Origin: Polyangiales bacterium
GTDB lineage: Bacteria > Myxococcota_A > Polyangia > Polyangiales > Ga0077539
Assembly: GCA_044229975.1 (NCBI GenBank)
Contig: JBGARZ010000013.1
Coordinates: forward strand, 32,001 to 96,000
Direction: 5' to 3'
DNA: 64,000 nt
This document shows positions 1 through 9,579 of the stretch, piece after piece (position 1 is the stretch's first letter; every line of letters starts with the position of its first letter). The notes beneath the pieces are model-generated. The model worked only from the letters and a program-made list of their open reading frames with translations. It searched no databases and was not told the origin of the DNA. The translations under genes were made by a program, and so were the position numbers.

Positions 1-1705
1 CCACGCCCGCCGAGAGCTTGTAGCGCGCGTCGTCGTCCGAGTCGGCCGAGCGGATCGTGTGGATGTGGAAGTCGCCGCAGAGCACGCCCGGCGTGGTCAC
101 CACGCGGCGCAGCGAGGCCGTGACCGGCGTCGTCATCCCCGCGGTCACCGTCACCATCGTGTCCGACAGCTCGTAGAACGGCCCTCGCGACACCACCACC
201 CGGTACTGCCCCGGGGGCGCCGGCAGCGTCACCCGACCGCTCGTCGGAAACGCCACGTGCAGCCGGCCGAACTCCGGCACCTGCTCGCCGTGGCTCTCGG
301 GCAGCGACGGCGGCGTCGCCCCGATGGGGATCACCTGCACCCGCGCCGGCAGGAGGTCGTTGGAGACCGCGTCGCGCGTCTCGACGGAGATCGATCCCGC
401 GGCCGGAAACTGGAGCGTCGCCGTGGTCTGCTCGTTGGCCACGGGCACCGCCGGGGTCGGCGCGCTGCCCGCCCGCCACGCCAGCATCCGAACGGCGCCT
501 GCGGGGACGCGCAGCTCGACGCGGCCCATGGCGTCGGCGGTGGCGCGGTCGAGGTACGTCGCGCCGTCGGGCGAGGTGACGTGCACCCGCGCGCCCGCGA
601 CAGGCTGACCCGCGGCGTCGGTGACGGTCACCGTGACGGGTCGCAGCGTCGTGCCGCGCGAGGCCGCGATGGTGCGCTGTAGCCCGTCGAGGCCGGGGCC
701 GCCGATGGCGATGCGGGCGTAGTGGACGCGGGTGCGGCTGCACGCCCCGAAGGTGAGCGACGGCGTGGAGTACATGTTGAAGCCCGACACGGCGAGCAGG
801 GGCGTGAGCATCCCGCGGGACTCGGGGATCATCCACGCCCAGCTCGTGGCCTGCTCGTCGATCCACCCCACGAAGGGCGTCGGCCCCGCGGCGCCGCTGG
901 CCTCGGTGAAGCCGCGGCCGGGGACGAAGAGCCCGACGCGGTTGGCCCCGAAGAAGCCGTTGAGGACGGTGCGCGCCACCGTGGTGTCGAGCCGCGGGAC
1001 GTCGAAGGTGATGTAGACCTCGACGACGTCGCTGTCGCCGCGGAGCTCGTAGTCCACCGCCGTGTTGACGTCCGCGTAGTCGGCCGGAGCGATGTTGTAG
1101 GCAAACTCGTTGATGAAGGGGATCGGTGCGAGCGGGCCCACCGCGCGCACCACGGCGGGCATCCCGTCGCGGCCGTCGCGCAGCACCGTCACCGACTCCG
1201 CGCGCTGCGCGAAGCGCCCGAGGCCCATGGACACCTCGCCGAAGTCCCCGGCGTCGACGAGGCGCCCGTCGCGCACGGCCGTCACGCCCACGGGCCTGCC
1301 GCCCCAGACGTCATAGCCCGCCGACGGGCGCGCGGTCTCGATGAGCAGCGCGACGCGGCTGTTGGCCAGCACGTAGTCGCCCGCCTGCCAGGTGTTGAGC
1401 CCCGTCCGGTCGACCGGCAGCATCGCCGTCGTGAGGCGCCCCGCGCGCGCCGCCCCCGCCGGGACCATCACCGGGTCGGGCGCCCCCTCGGCCGAGCCCC
1501 GCTCGAAGGGTGGCGGAGCGCTCGGACACTCGGTCGGACCGGTGTCCTCCAACGCACCACCGTCGTCGAGCGCGTCGGCGGTCGCGCCGTCCATGGAGGA
1601 AGCCCCATCGGAGCCGCCCGCGTCGCGTGCCGGCTCGGCCGGAGAGTCATCACTGCACGACGCCAGCACCGTCAGTCCCACGAGCCCAAACCACCCTGCG
1701 CGCAT
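1..1705 (-). CDS. CehA/McbA-like PHP-family metallohydrolase lipoprotein with carboxypeptidase-regulatory-like domains (3' end runs off the window)
   Basis: Not in the ORF track because no stop lies in the window. Manual translation from ATG at 1705 gives MRAGWFGLVGLTVLASC (lipobox) ... GDYVLANSRVALLI ... PGQYRVVVSRGPFYE ... GDFHIHTIRSADS (PHP HxH motif). The frame is open to position 2. Confidence 0.8.
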   Translation of the reverse strand, partial: MRAGWFGLVGLTVLASCSDDSPAEPARDAGGSDGASSMDGATADALDDGGALEDTGPTECPSAPPPFERGSAEGAPDPVMVPAGAARAGRLTTAMLPVDRTGLNTWQAGDYVLANSRVALLIETARPSAGYDVWGGRPVGVTAVRDGRLVDAGDFGEVSMGLGRFAQRAESVTVLRDGRDGMPAVVRAVGPLAPIPFINEFAYNIAPADYADVNTAVDYELRGDSDVVEVYITFDVPRLDTTVARTVLNGFFGANRVGLFVPGRGFTEASGAAGPTPFVGWIDEQATSWAWMIPESRGMLTPLLAVSGFNMYSTPSLTFGACSRTRVHYARIAIGGPGLDGLQRTIAASRGTTLRPVTVTVTDAAGQPVAGARVHVTSPDGATYLDRATADAMGRVELRVPAGAVRMLAWRAGSAPTPAVPVANEQTTATLQFPAAGSISVETRDAVSNDLLPARVQVIPIGATPPSLPESHGEQVPEFGRLHVAFPTSGRVTLPAPPGQYRVVVSRGPFYELSDTMVTVTAGMTTPVTASLRRVVTTPGVLCGDFHIHTIRSADSDDDARYKLSAGV

Positions 1706-1799
1706 GGCCGCGAGTCTGGCACCCTTCTGTCACAAACAGAACGCTCTCCCGCTTGTCACGGGTGATGGGCGTCGTGGATGTTGTGCCGCACCACTCCCC

Positions 1800-2981
1800 A
1801 TGAGCACCGCGTCGCCCTTCGCCCTCGACCCCACGGTCACCTTCCTCAACCACGGGTCCTTCGGGGCCACGCCGCGCGTCGTGCTCGCCGCGCAGGACGC
1901 CCTTCGCGCCCGAATGGAGGCGCAGCCGGTGCAGTTTCTCGTACGCGACCTGGAGACCCTGCTCGACGAGTCGCGGCGCGCACTCGGGGCCTTCGTCGAC
2001 GCTCCGCCCGACGACCTGGTGTTTGTCCCCAACGCCACGCACGCGGTCAACGCGGTGCTGCAATCGCTGGTGCTCTCGCCCGGCGACGAGGTCGTCGTGA
2101 CCAACCACGGCTACGCCGCCTGCACCAACGCCGCGCGCTACGCCGCCGAGCGATCGGGGGCGCGCGTGGTCACGGCGGAGGTCCCCTTTCCGCTGCGCTC
2201 TCCCGGCGCGGTGCTCGACGCCATCACGCGCGTGATGAGCGGCCGCACCCGCCTCGTGCTGGTCGACCACGTCACGTCTCCGACGGCGCTGGTGTTTCCG
2301 GTCGAGGACATCGTCCACGTGTGTCAGCGCGCCGGGGTCGACGTGCTCGTCGACGGGGCCCACGCGCCTGGCATGGTGCCGCTGTCGCTGCGCTCGCTGG
2401 GCGCGGCGTTCTACACGGGCAACCTGCACAAGTGGGTGTGCGCGCCGAAGGGAGCGGCCTTCCTGCACGTCCACCCGAGCCAGCAGCACCGGGTGCGCCC
2501 GCTGGTGATCTCCCACGGCGCGAGCTCGACACGCACCGACCGCTCGCGCCTCTCCATCGAGTTCAATTGGATGGGCACCGTCGACCCCACGGCGACGCTC
2601 TGCATCCCCGACGCGCTGCGCTTCATGGGCGCTCTCTTGCCGGGCGGATGGGACGCCCTCTACGACGCCAACCACACGCTCGCGCTCGACGCCCGCGCGG
2701 TGCTCTGCGAGGCGCTCGGCGTCGCGGAGCCCGCGCCCGCCTCGATGATCGGATCGATGGCCACGGTGCCGTTGCCCGCCGCGCGCTTCCGTCCCACGCG
2801 CAGCCGCGAGCCCGTCTACGACGACGGCCTGCAAGAGCGGTTGTGGGAGCAGCACCGCATCGAGGTGCCGGTGATGCCCTGGGGGACGCCGCCCGGGTTG
2901 CTGCTGCGGGTGAGCGCGCAGAGCGCCTACAACGACCTCGCGCAGTACCGGAAGCTGGCCGAGGCCCTCAGCCGGGTGTAG
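1800..2981 (+). CDS. Class V PLP-dependent aminotransferase (isopenicillin N epimerase / cysteine lyase-like)
   Basis: FLNHGSFGATP, FVPNAT, VDGAHAPG and GNLHKW (PLP lysine). Start placed at ATG 1800. Confidence 0.9.
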   Translation: MSTASPFALDPTVTFLNHGSFGATPRVVLAAQDALRARMEAQPVQFLVRDLETLLDESRRALGAFVDAPPDDLVFVPNATHAVNAVLQSLVLSPGDEVVVTNHGYAACTNAARYAAERSGARVVTAEVPFPLRSPGAVLDAITRVMSGRTRLVLVDHVTSPTALVFPVEDIVHVCQRAGVDVLVDGAHAPGMVPLSLRSLGAAFYTGNLHKWVCAPKGAAFLHVHPSQQHRVRPLVISHGASSTRTDRSRLSIEFNWMGTVDPTATLCIPDALRFMGALLPGGWDALYDANHTLALDARAVLCEALGVAEPAPASMIGSMATVPLPAARFRPTRSREPVYDDGLQERLWEQHRIEVPVMPWGTPPGLLLRVSAQSAYNDLAQYRKLAEALSRV

Positions 2982-3426
2982 CGCCCCAGCGGTAGCGGGC
3001 GATGGCGGCGCGCGCGCCCTGCGTGCAGAGGTCGAGCACACGATCGAAGTCCGAAGGCCCGCCGTAATAGGGATCGGGCACGGGCGCGTCGCCGAGGAGG
3101 AGGGCGAGCTTCGCGCGGTGCGCCGCGGGGCAGCGGGCGCGCAGCTCGGCGAGGTTGTCGTCGTCCATGCACCAGAGGTGATCGAAGCGGACAAAGTCGT
3201 CGGCGTGGACGGCCCGCGCGCGATGCGCCGAGAGGTCGATGCCGCGGAGCTTCGCGTGGCGGACGGAGCGAGCGTCCGCGGAGGCGCCCAGGTGGTACGA
3301 GGCGGTGCCCGCGCTCTCGACGTGGACGTCCGTAGCGCCGACGAGGGCGAGCTCGTGGCGCAGCACGGCGGCGGCGGTGGGCGAGCGGCAGATGTTTCCC
3401 AGACAGACCATGAGCACGGAGGTCAT
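2968..3426 (-). CDS. Low molecular weight protein-tyrosine phosphatase
   Basis: VCLGNICRSP P-loop and VPDPYYG. Confidence 0.93.
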   Translation of the reverse strand: MTSVLMVCLGNICRSPTAAAVLRHELALVGATDVHVESAGTASYHLGASADARSVRHAKLRGIDLSAHRARAVHADDFVRFDHLWCMDDDNLAELRARCPAAHRAKLALLLGDAPVPDPYYGGPSDFDRVLDLCTQGARAAIARYRWGATPG

Positions 3427-3636
3427 CGCGCGGAGGGTTCTACTACCGTCCGATGGTCTCTGGCATCACGTCCAAACGCTGGCCCACCAGCGGAAACGCG
3501 ACGTCGTGCGGCGAGCTTCGCGAGGCCGACGGGCTCGCGGCGGGTGTGTCGCGTCCAACTTCGACGCGAGTCCAACGCACCACGAAATGCGGGCGAAACC
3601 GCGGTGGCGTCGATGGAGTGGGTGCGCCGTCTGCGG

Positions 3637-3652
3637 TGGCACGCGTGGTGCT
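3637..3652 (+). promoter_or_regulatory. Putative sigma54 (-24/-12) promoter of hcp
   Basis: TGGCACG-CGTG-GTGCT matches TGGCACG-N4-TTGCW with exact GG/GC spacing, about 85 bp upstream of the hcp ATG. Confidence 0.55.
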
Positions 3653-3736
3653 CAAGGTCTCTCCGCCGAACGCAGCGGGTTGCAGGCACCCGGCGCTCGA
3701 AGATCCCTACCCAGAAGACCTGCACGAGAGACCATC

Positions 3737-4228
3737 ATGGCCGAAACCGTACATCTCTACCTCAAGGCGAACGGCGCGGAGATCAAGGGCGAGAGCACGC
3801 AGACGAGCCTCGGGCGCGCCGACTCCATCGAGTGCGTGTACTACGAGCAGGCCACGAAGACGGTGCGGGAGAAGGGCTCGGGGCTCGCGCTCGGCCGTCG
3901 GCAGTACGAGCCGATGATCATCCGCAAGCGCATCGATCGCTCGTCGCCGCTGCTGGTGAAGGCGATGGCGGACAACCAGCGCATCGAGGCGAAGTTCAAG
4001 TTCTTCCGCCCGTCGCCCGCGGGCGACGGGACGACGGAGCAGTTCTACACGGTGGAGATCAGCGGCGGGCGCATCGCGTCGGTGAAGCAGATCGTGCCCG
4101 ACTCGCTCGTCCCGGCGACCTCCACCGAGCCGCCGCTCGAGGAGATCACCATCGTCGTCCACACCATCCGGTGGGCGTACGAGCCCACCGGCGCCGAACA
4201 CCAGGACAGCTGGGACCAGAACGCCTGA
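3737..4228 (+). CDS. hcp: Type VI secretion system tube protein Hcp (TssD), orphan
   Basis: MAETVHLYLKANGAEIKGES, GRRQYEPMIIRKRIDRSSPLL, EQFYTVEISGGRIASV, EEITIVVHTIRW and C-terminal DSW are typical of Hcp. Confidence 0.92.
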   Translation: MAETVHLYLKANGAEIKGESTQTSLGRADSIECVYYEQATKTVREKGSGLALGRRQYEPMIIRKRIDRSSPLLVKAMADNQRIEAKFKFFRPSPAGDGTTEQFYTVEISGGRIASVKQIVPDSLVPATSTEPPLEEITIVVHTIRWAYEPTGAEHQDSWDQNA

Positions 4229-4319
4229 GCGGGATCGGACGGGGGTAACGCGCACGAGGAGACGGTCGCCCCGACGATGCGTCGTCGCGGGCGGCCGATG
4301 ACTCGACGACCCTCACGCC

Positions 4320-4634
4320 ATGGCGCTCGTGATGAAGAACATCGAGGCCCGCGTGCGAGCGGCGGTGGCCGGGCGACGCCCCCCGTCTCGGTCGTGGAGC
4401 CACACTTCCCGGTCCTGCCAGAGTTTCGAGGCACCTCGTACTCGCAGCGCTACGAGCTGTTGTTGAGGAAGCTCGTCCTGGAGCAGCTCTACGACCGGGC
4501 CGCCTTCCTGATGTCGACGGAAGCTCAGGGTCTCCCGGGGTATCTACGCAGAGCCCGCCGCCGACCTGACCATGCGACGGTTGCTCGCTGGCCTCGTCGC
4601 GCACGTGGCGGCAGAGGCAGCAGGCGCGGGATGA
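4320..4634 (+). pseudogene. PaeR7I/XhoI-family type II restriction endonuclease remnant (internal deletion and frameshifts)
   Basis: An N-terminus-like MALVMKNIEARVRAAV is followed in another frame by C-terminal PHFPVLPEFRGTSYSQRYELLLRKLVLEQLYDRAAFL, then by GIYAEPAADLTMRRLLAGLVAHVAAEAAG*. The catalytic core is absent. The stop overlaps the MTase ATG (ATGA). Confidence 0.75.
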
Positions 4635-5503
4635 CGACGCAGCTCTCGATGAACTTCCCGGTCTCGCTTCCCGCCAACGCCTATGCCTACGGCGAGCGGG
4701 CGAGCGGCGAGACGCACGGCGTCGTCCTGACCCGTCGACACATCGTCGACCTGATGCTCGACCTCGCGGGGTGCACCGCCGACCGCGACCTCACGGCCCT
4801 CACGCTGCTCCAACCGGCTTGCGGTCTTGGCGCCTTCCTCGTTCCCGCGGTGGAGAGGCTGCTCGACGCCGCAGAGCGATTGGGGCGCTCGCCCGACAAG
4901 CTCCAACACGCCATCCGCGCCTTCGACGTCGACCCCGCTCACGTCGCCGAATCGCGGGAGCGCCTTCACGAAGTCCTCACCCGACGCGGCGTCTCCCGGT
5001 CTCGAGCAAAGGCGCTCGTCGAAGCCTGGATCACTCCATGGGGACTTCCTCCTCGCCTCGTTGAAATCCGGTTTCGACGTCGTGATTGGCAACCCTCCCT
5101 ACGTCCGCATCGAGCAGATCGCGCCGACCCTCCAGGCGGAGTACCGCGCGCGCTACACCACTCTCCATGACCGCGCCGACCTCTACGTCGCGTTCATCGA
5201 GCGAGGCCTCCATCTGCTCGCGCCAGACGGGGTCCTCTGCTTCATCTGCGCCGACCGTTGGGTGCTCAACAAGTACGGCGCACCCCTGCGCGGCCTCATC
5301 GCAAAGCACTACCTCCGCTTTCAGGCGCAGTACCTGCGGCGCATTCGCGTGCCCGCCCCAAGGACAACATCGCAGCGCCGCTGCGACGGTCGTTGCGCGA
5401 TGCGTTCCGTCGCAGGGACTTCCAGCGGCTGGATGCGTTGGCGTTGCAGGTCTTCGGACTGGAGTCGCTGCCGGAGTTCAACTTCGTCGACAGCCGCCGG
5501 TAG
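4631..5503 (+). pseudogene. PaeR7I/Eco57I-like N6-adenine DNA methyltransferase remnant
   Basis: LLQPACGLGAFL (motif I), a frameshift near 5035, then GDFLL...FDVVIGNPPYVR (motif IV) and DLYVAFIERGL. The sequence jumps at about 5312 to C-terminal YLRFQAQYLRRIRVP and frameshifts again. Confidence 0.8.
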
Positions 5504-5512
5504 ACGCCTGGC

Positions 5513-6592
5513 TCACCGCCCCTGCCGTGACGGCCAGCGCTCTGCCATGCGCTTCGCCTGCGGCGGGTCGGTGAGCACCAGCAGGTGGTCGCCCGCCCCG
5601 ATGACCGTGTCGCCCTTCGGATGCGTCAGCACCTCGAACGTCGCGCCCTTCGCCTTGCCCAACCCCACCAGCAGCGGCCCGTCGAACTCCAGCAGCGTCG
5701 CGCGCACCTCGGCCACGGTGCGCCCCGCGAAGGGTTCCGCGCTGTACTGCCGCAGGTCGAAGCCATCTGCGCCGGTGCTCACGTCTTCGAGCATCCGCGC
5801 CACCTCCGGCTCGAAGGCCGCGCTCGCCACCAGGCGCCCCGAGAACTCCGCCGGCGACGCCACATAGGTCACCCCGCTCGCGATGAGCGTCTTGCGCAGC
5901 TCCGGCGCGTGAACCGCCACCACGATGCGCAGCTCGGGGTTGATCGCGCGGAGGTTGAGCGTCGCCACGATGTTGCGCGTGTCGTCGTCGAAGGCCACCA
6001 CCGCGCTCTCGGCCGCCCGCGCGTTGAGCCGCTCGTCGAGCACGTCCTGCGTCGCGTCGCCGGACGTCACGAACAACACCCCGTCGCCCGCCATCGCCCT
6101 CGCCCGCGAGATCTCGTCGAGCTTGCTGCACAGCAGCGCGACCTTCCGCTCCGCCGCGAGCAGCTCGGTCACCGCCGAGCGCGCGATGTCGCCGAAGCCG
6201 CAGACCACCACATGCCCCTTCAGGGTCGTCCCGATGAGCCCCTCTCGCTCCATGCGCCTCACCTCCGCGACGGCGTCGTTGATCGCCGTCAGTAGAAACC
6301 CGATGGTCGTCAGCGTCAGCAGGATGAACACCCCGGTGATGGCCCGCCCCGCCGACGTCACCGGGTACACGTCGCCGTAGCCCACCGTCGCGAGCGTCAC
6401 CACGCCGAACCACGCCGCGTCCGCCAGCGTCTCGATCTTCGATCCCGGCGCGCCGCGCTCGGCCAACCACACCGACAGCGTCTGTGCCGCGCAGAGCACC
6501 GTGAACGCCACCGTCACCGGCGCCACCCGCTGCCGCGTCAGCGCCCACGCCACCCCCCACCGGCCGCGCTTCTTCGGCGCTCGCATGCTCAC
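5513..6592 (-). CDS. Potassium channel with TrkA-N/RCK domain
   Basis: TLATVGYGD selectivity filter between two TM helices, and HVVVCGFGDIA Rossmann motif. Confidence 0.9.
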   Translation of the reverse strand: MSMRAPKKRGRWGVAWALTRQRVAPVTVAFTVLCAAQTLSVWLAERGAPGSKIETLADAAWFGVVTLATVGYGDVYPVTSAGRAITGVFILLTLTTIGFLLTAINDAVAEVRRMEREGLIGTTLKGHVVVCGFGDIARSAVTELLAAERKVALLCSKLDEISRARAMAGDGVLFVTSGDATQDVLDERLNARAAESAVVAFDDDTRNIVATLNLRAINPELRIVVAVHAPELRKTLIASGVTYVASPAEFSGRLVASAAFEPEVARMLEDVSTGADGFDLRQYSAEPFAGRTVAEVRATLLEFDGPLLVGLGKAKGATFEVLTHPKGDTVIGAGDHLLVLTDPPQAKRMAERWPSRQGR

Positions 6593-6696
6593 GAAGCTAC
6601 ATCCCTCCCATGGTGTCGGCGGTATCTCACGGCGCGGCGGAGCGCCATACTACGGACAGCCCGCGCGGCGACAGAAGCGTGATACACGGCCCAGCC

Positions 6697-7431
6697 GTGA
6701 GCGCACGACACGTCCTCCTCGACAGCCCCGCCCTCGGGCGCAAGGCGCACCTCTGGCGCTTCGGCGAAGTCGGCCGACCGCTGCTGGTCTTCCCCTCCAA
6801 CGCCGGGGTCGCCCACGAGTGGCAGCAGAGCGGAATGATCGACGCACTCGGCCCCCTCCTCGCCGAACGGAGGCTCAAGATCTACTGCCCCGAGACCAAC
6901 GTCTCCCGCAGCTTCTCGGGCAAGGGCAGCCTCGACGAGCGCATGGCCCACCACCGCGCCTACGAGCGCTTCGTCCTCGACACGCTCGTCCCCTTCATCC
7001 GCCGCGACTGCAACTCACCGGGCGCTCCGATCGTCACCACCGGGTGCAGCGTCGGCGCGCTGTACGCGTCGCTCTTCGTGCTCAAGCACCCGGAGACCTT
7101 CCCGCAGGCGCTCTGCCTCTCCGGGCGCTACCGCGCGAGCCGACTCTTCGACGGCGCCTCCAACGAGGACGTCTACTTCAATGACCCGCTCGCCTTCCTG
7201 CCCAACCTCGAAGGCGCGGCGCTGGAGCGCGTCCGTCGGCAGGCGCACATCATCGCCGTGGTCGGGCGGGGCGCGCACGAGGCGGGCTGCATCCCCGAGA
7301 CCGTCGAGCTCGGCGCCAACCTGCGGCGCAAGGGCATCCCCCACCACCTCGCCCTCTGGGGCCACGACAGCGCCCACGACTATACCTGGTGGCGTAAGCA
7401 GGCCGTCCACTACCTCAGCCAGATCTTCTGA
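6697..7431 (+). CDS. Esterase-family alpha/beta hydrolase
   Basis: GRPLLVFPS, TGCSVGA nucleophile elbow, LSGRY and WGHDSAHDYTWW. GTG start inferred. Confidence 0.8.
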   Translation: MSARHVLLDSPALGRKAHLWRFGEVGRPLLVFPSNAGVAHEWQQSGMIDALGPLLAERRLKIYCPETNVSRSFSGKGSLDERMAHHRAYERFVLDTLVPFIRRDCNSPGAPIVTTGCSVGALYASLFVLKHPETFPQALCLSGRYRASRLFDGASNEDVYFNDPLAFLPNLEGAALERVRRQAHIIAVVGRGAHEAGCIPETVELGANLRRKGIPHHLALWGHDSAHDYTWWRKQAVHYLSQIF

Positions 7432-7467
7432 CGGCGCCGCGGTAGGCTACGAGCCATCCCCCCGCCC

Positions 7468-8769
7468 ATGGACCAAGACACCCTCCCCAGGCCCGCCAAC
7501 CCGGCCCCGCTCGCGCAGACCGTCATCGCGCCCACCGACCGGGCGCCCTCGCACGACGGCAACACCCAGGTCGAACGCGCTGACGCCGCGGTCGAGATCG
7601 TCGCCACGGCTGGAGGCGCGCGGTCGACCATCCTGCCGAGGGTGGAGTTTGTCGGGGAGGTCCCGCGGCTGGTGGTCGAAGCGAGGGAGCGCTTCGAGGC
7701 CGCGAAGGTGCTCGGGCGCGGCGGCGGCGGCGAGGTGCTGCTCGCGCGCGACAACGACATCGACCGCCCGGTGGCCCTCAAGCGACTGCTCCCCGAGCTG
7801 GCGGGCGGAGCGTCCATCGTCGCCCGCTTCGTCGAGGAGATCAGGGTGCTCGGCCGCCTCGACCACCCCAACATCGTGCCCATCCACGACGTCGGGCTCG
7901 ACGCCGACGGCCGCTACTTCTACGTGATGAAGTTCGTCGACGGCGAGACCCTCGAACACGTCATCGAGAAGCTCGCCGCGGGCGACCCCGATTACCATCG
8001 GCAGTACTCCTTCGAGCGGCGCACGGAGGTGTTTCTCCAGATCTTGCGGGGGGTGCAGTACGCCCACGCGCAGGGCGTCCTGCACCGCGACCTCAAGCCC
8101 GCCAACGTCATGATCGGGCGCTTCGGCGAGGTCGTCGTGATGGACTGGGGCCTCGCCCGCAGCCGCGAGGAGTCCAAGCGCTTCCCCGTCGACGACAAGC
8201 ACAGGACGCTCACCGCGCCGAAGCGCGGCAACGGCAACGACAAGCTCCAGACCATGGAGGGCTCGCTGCTCGGAACGCCCGCGTACATGTCCCCCGAGCA
8301 GGCCCGCGGCGAGGTCGCCAACCTCGACGAGCGCAGCGACGTGTACTCGCTGAGCGTGATGTTCCACGAGCTGCTCACGCTGCGGCACTACCTCCATGAC
8401 AAGCAGGGCGTGACCGAGTGCATCGCCGGCGTGCTGCGCGACCCGGTGCCACCCGCGGGGCACGCGACCCACGCCCACCAGCGCGGCGTGCCGGCCGAGC
8501 TCGGGCACTTCCTCACCCCCGGCGTCGCCAAGAACGCCGATGAGCGCTACCGCTCCATCACCGCGATGATCGACGTGCTCCAGTCCATCCGCGACGGCAA
8601 GGTGCCGGTGCATTGCAGCTCGACGTTCATGAAGCGCATGGGCGCCGAGACGATGCACGCCGTCGATCGCAACCCGCGGCGGCTCATGGTCATCGCCACG
8701 GTGGTGCTGCTGCTCGGGCTCGTCGGGCTCGTCGCCGTCGTCTGGTGGACGCACCTCGCGATGCAGTGA
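7468..8769 (+). CDS. Hanks-type Ser/Thr protein kinase with C-terminal TM helix
   Basis: [37 protein letters not shown] and a hydrophobic C-terminus. Confidence 0.93.
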   Translation: MDQDTLPRPANPAPLAQTVIAPTDRAPSHDGNTQVERADAAVEIVATAGGARSTILPRVEFVGEVPRLVVEARERFEAAKVLGRGGGGEVLLARDNDIDRPVALKRLLPELAGGASIVARFVEEIRVLGRLDHPNIVPIHDVGLDADGRYFYVMKFVDGETLEHVIEKLAAGDPDYHRQYSFERRTEVFLQILRGVQYAHAQGVLHRDLKPANVMIGRFGEVVVMDWGLARSREESKRFPVDDKHRTLTAPKRGNGNDKLQTMEGSLLGTPAYMSPEQARGEVANLDERSDVYSLSVMFHELLTLRHYLHDKQGVTECIAGVLRDPVPPAGHATHAHQRGVPAELGHFLTPGVAKNADERYRSITAMIDVLQSIRDGKVPVHCSSTFMKRMGAETMHAVDRNPRRLMVIATVVLLLGLVGLVAVVWWTHLAMQ

Positions 8770-8810
8770 GCCTCTGGCTCGCACCCGCGGTCGGTGCCAG
8801 AGTCGGCGCC

Positions 8811-9458
8811 ATGTTCTTCTCCGACAAGACCAGGATGCCCTCCCCCGACGACGCGCTGCCGGGTCGCGCCGCGCGCATGCCCGTCCCCGCGAAGCACACC
8901 GTGCTCGACGCACCGCTCGACGCGGCCTTCCCCGGAATGGCCACCGCGATGTTCGGCCTCGGGTGCTTCTGGGGCGCCGAGCGCAAGTTCTGGAAGGTGC
9001 CCGGCGTGGTCTCCACCGCGGTGGGCTACGCCGCGGGGTACACGCCCAACCCTACTTACGAAGAGGTCTGCACCGGGCGCACCGGCCACAACGAGGTCGT
9101 GCGCGTGGTGTATGACCCCGCGAAGGTCTCCTACGAGACGCTGCTCAAGACCTTCTGGGAGAACCACGACCCCACCCAGGGCATGCGCCAGGGCGGCGAC
9201 GTCGGCACCCAGTATCGCTCCGGCATCTACGTCTTCGACGACGCTCAGCGCGCCGCGGCGGAGAGCTCGAAGTCGGCCTACGGCGCCGCGCTCAAGATCG
9301 CCGGCAAGGGAACCATCACCACCGAGGTGCTCCCCGCGCCGACGTTCTATTTCGCCGAGGACTACCACCAGCAGTACCTGGACAAGAATCCAGGCGGTTA
9401 CTGCGGCCTCGGTGGCACCGGTGTCGTGTGCCCTATCGGCACCGGCGTCCACGCCTAG
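8811..9458 (+). CDS. msrA: Peptide-methionine (S)-S-oxide reductase
   Basis: [25 protein letters not shown] and AEDYHQQY. Confidence 0.96.
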   Translation: MFFSDKTRMPSPDDALPGRAARMPVPAKHTVLDAPLDAAFPGMATAMFGLGCFWGAERKFWKVPGVVSTAVGYAAGYTPNPTYEEVCTGRTGHNEVVRVVYDPAKVSYETLLKTFWENHDPTQGMRQGGDVGTQYRSGIYVFDDAQRAAAESSKSAYGAALKIAGKGTITTEVLPAPTFYFAEDYHQQYLDKNPGGYCGLGGTGVVCPIGTGVHA

Positions 9459-9579
9459 ACTCGCGCGTCAGTCGCGACCTCACCGACGCATCGCGCCAAC
9501 GCACCTCGTCATCGGTTGATATCGGGCGCGCTCGTTGCGCCGTGCCCTAGCGTCCGAAATTGAGATATGAGGCGCGCCC

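Noticed and set aside
59..1765. Plus-strand ORFs 59-682 and 722-1765
   Set aside because: They are antisense to the minus-strand metallohydrolase that runs off the window.
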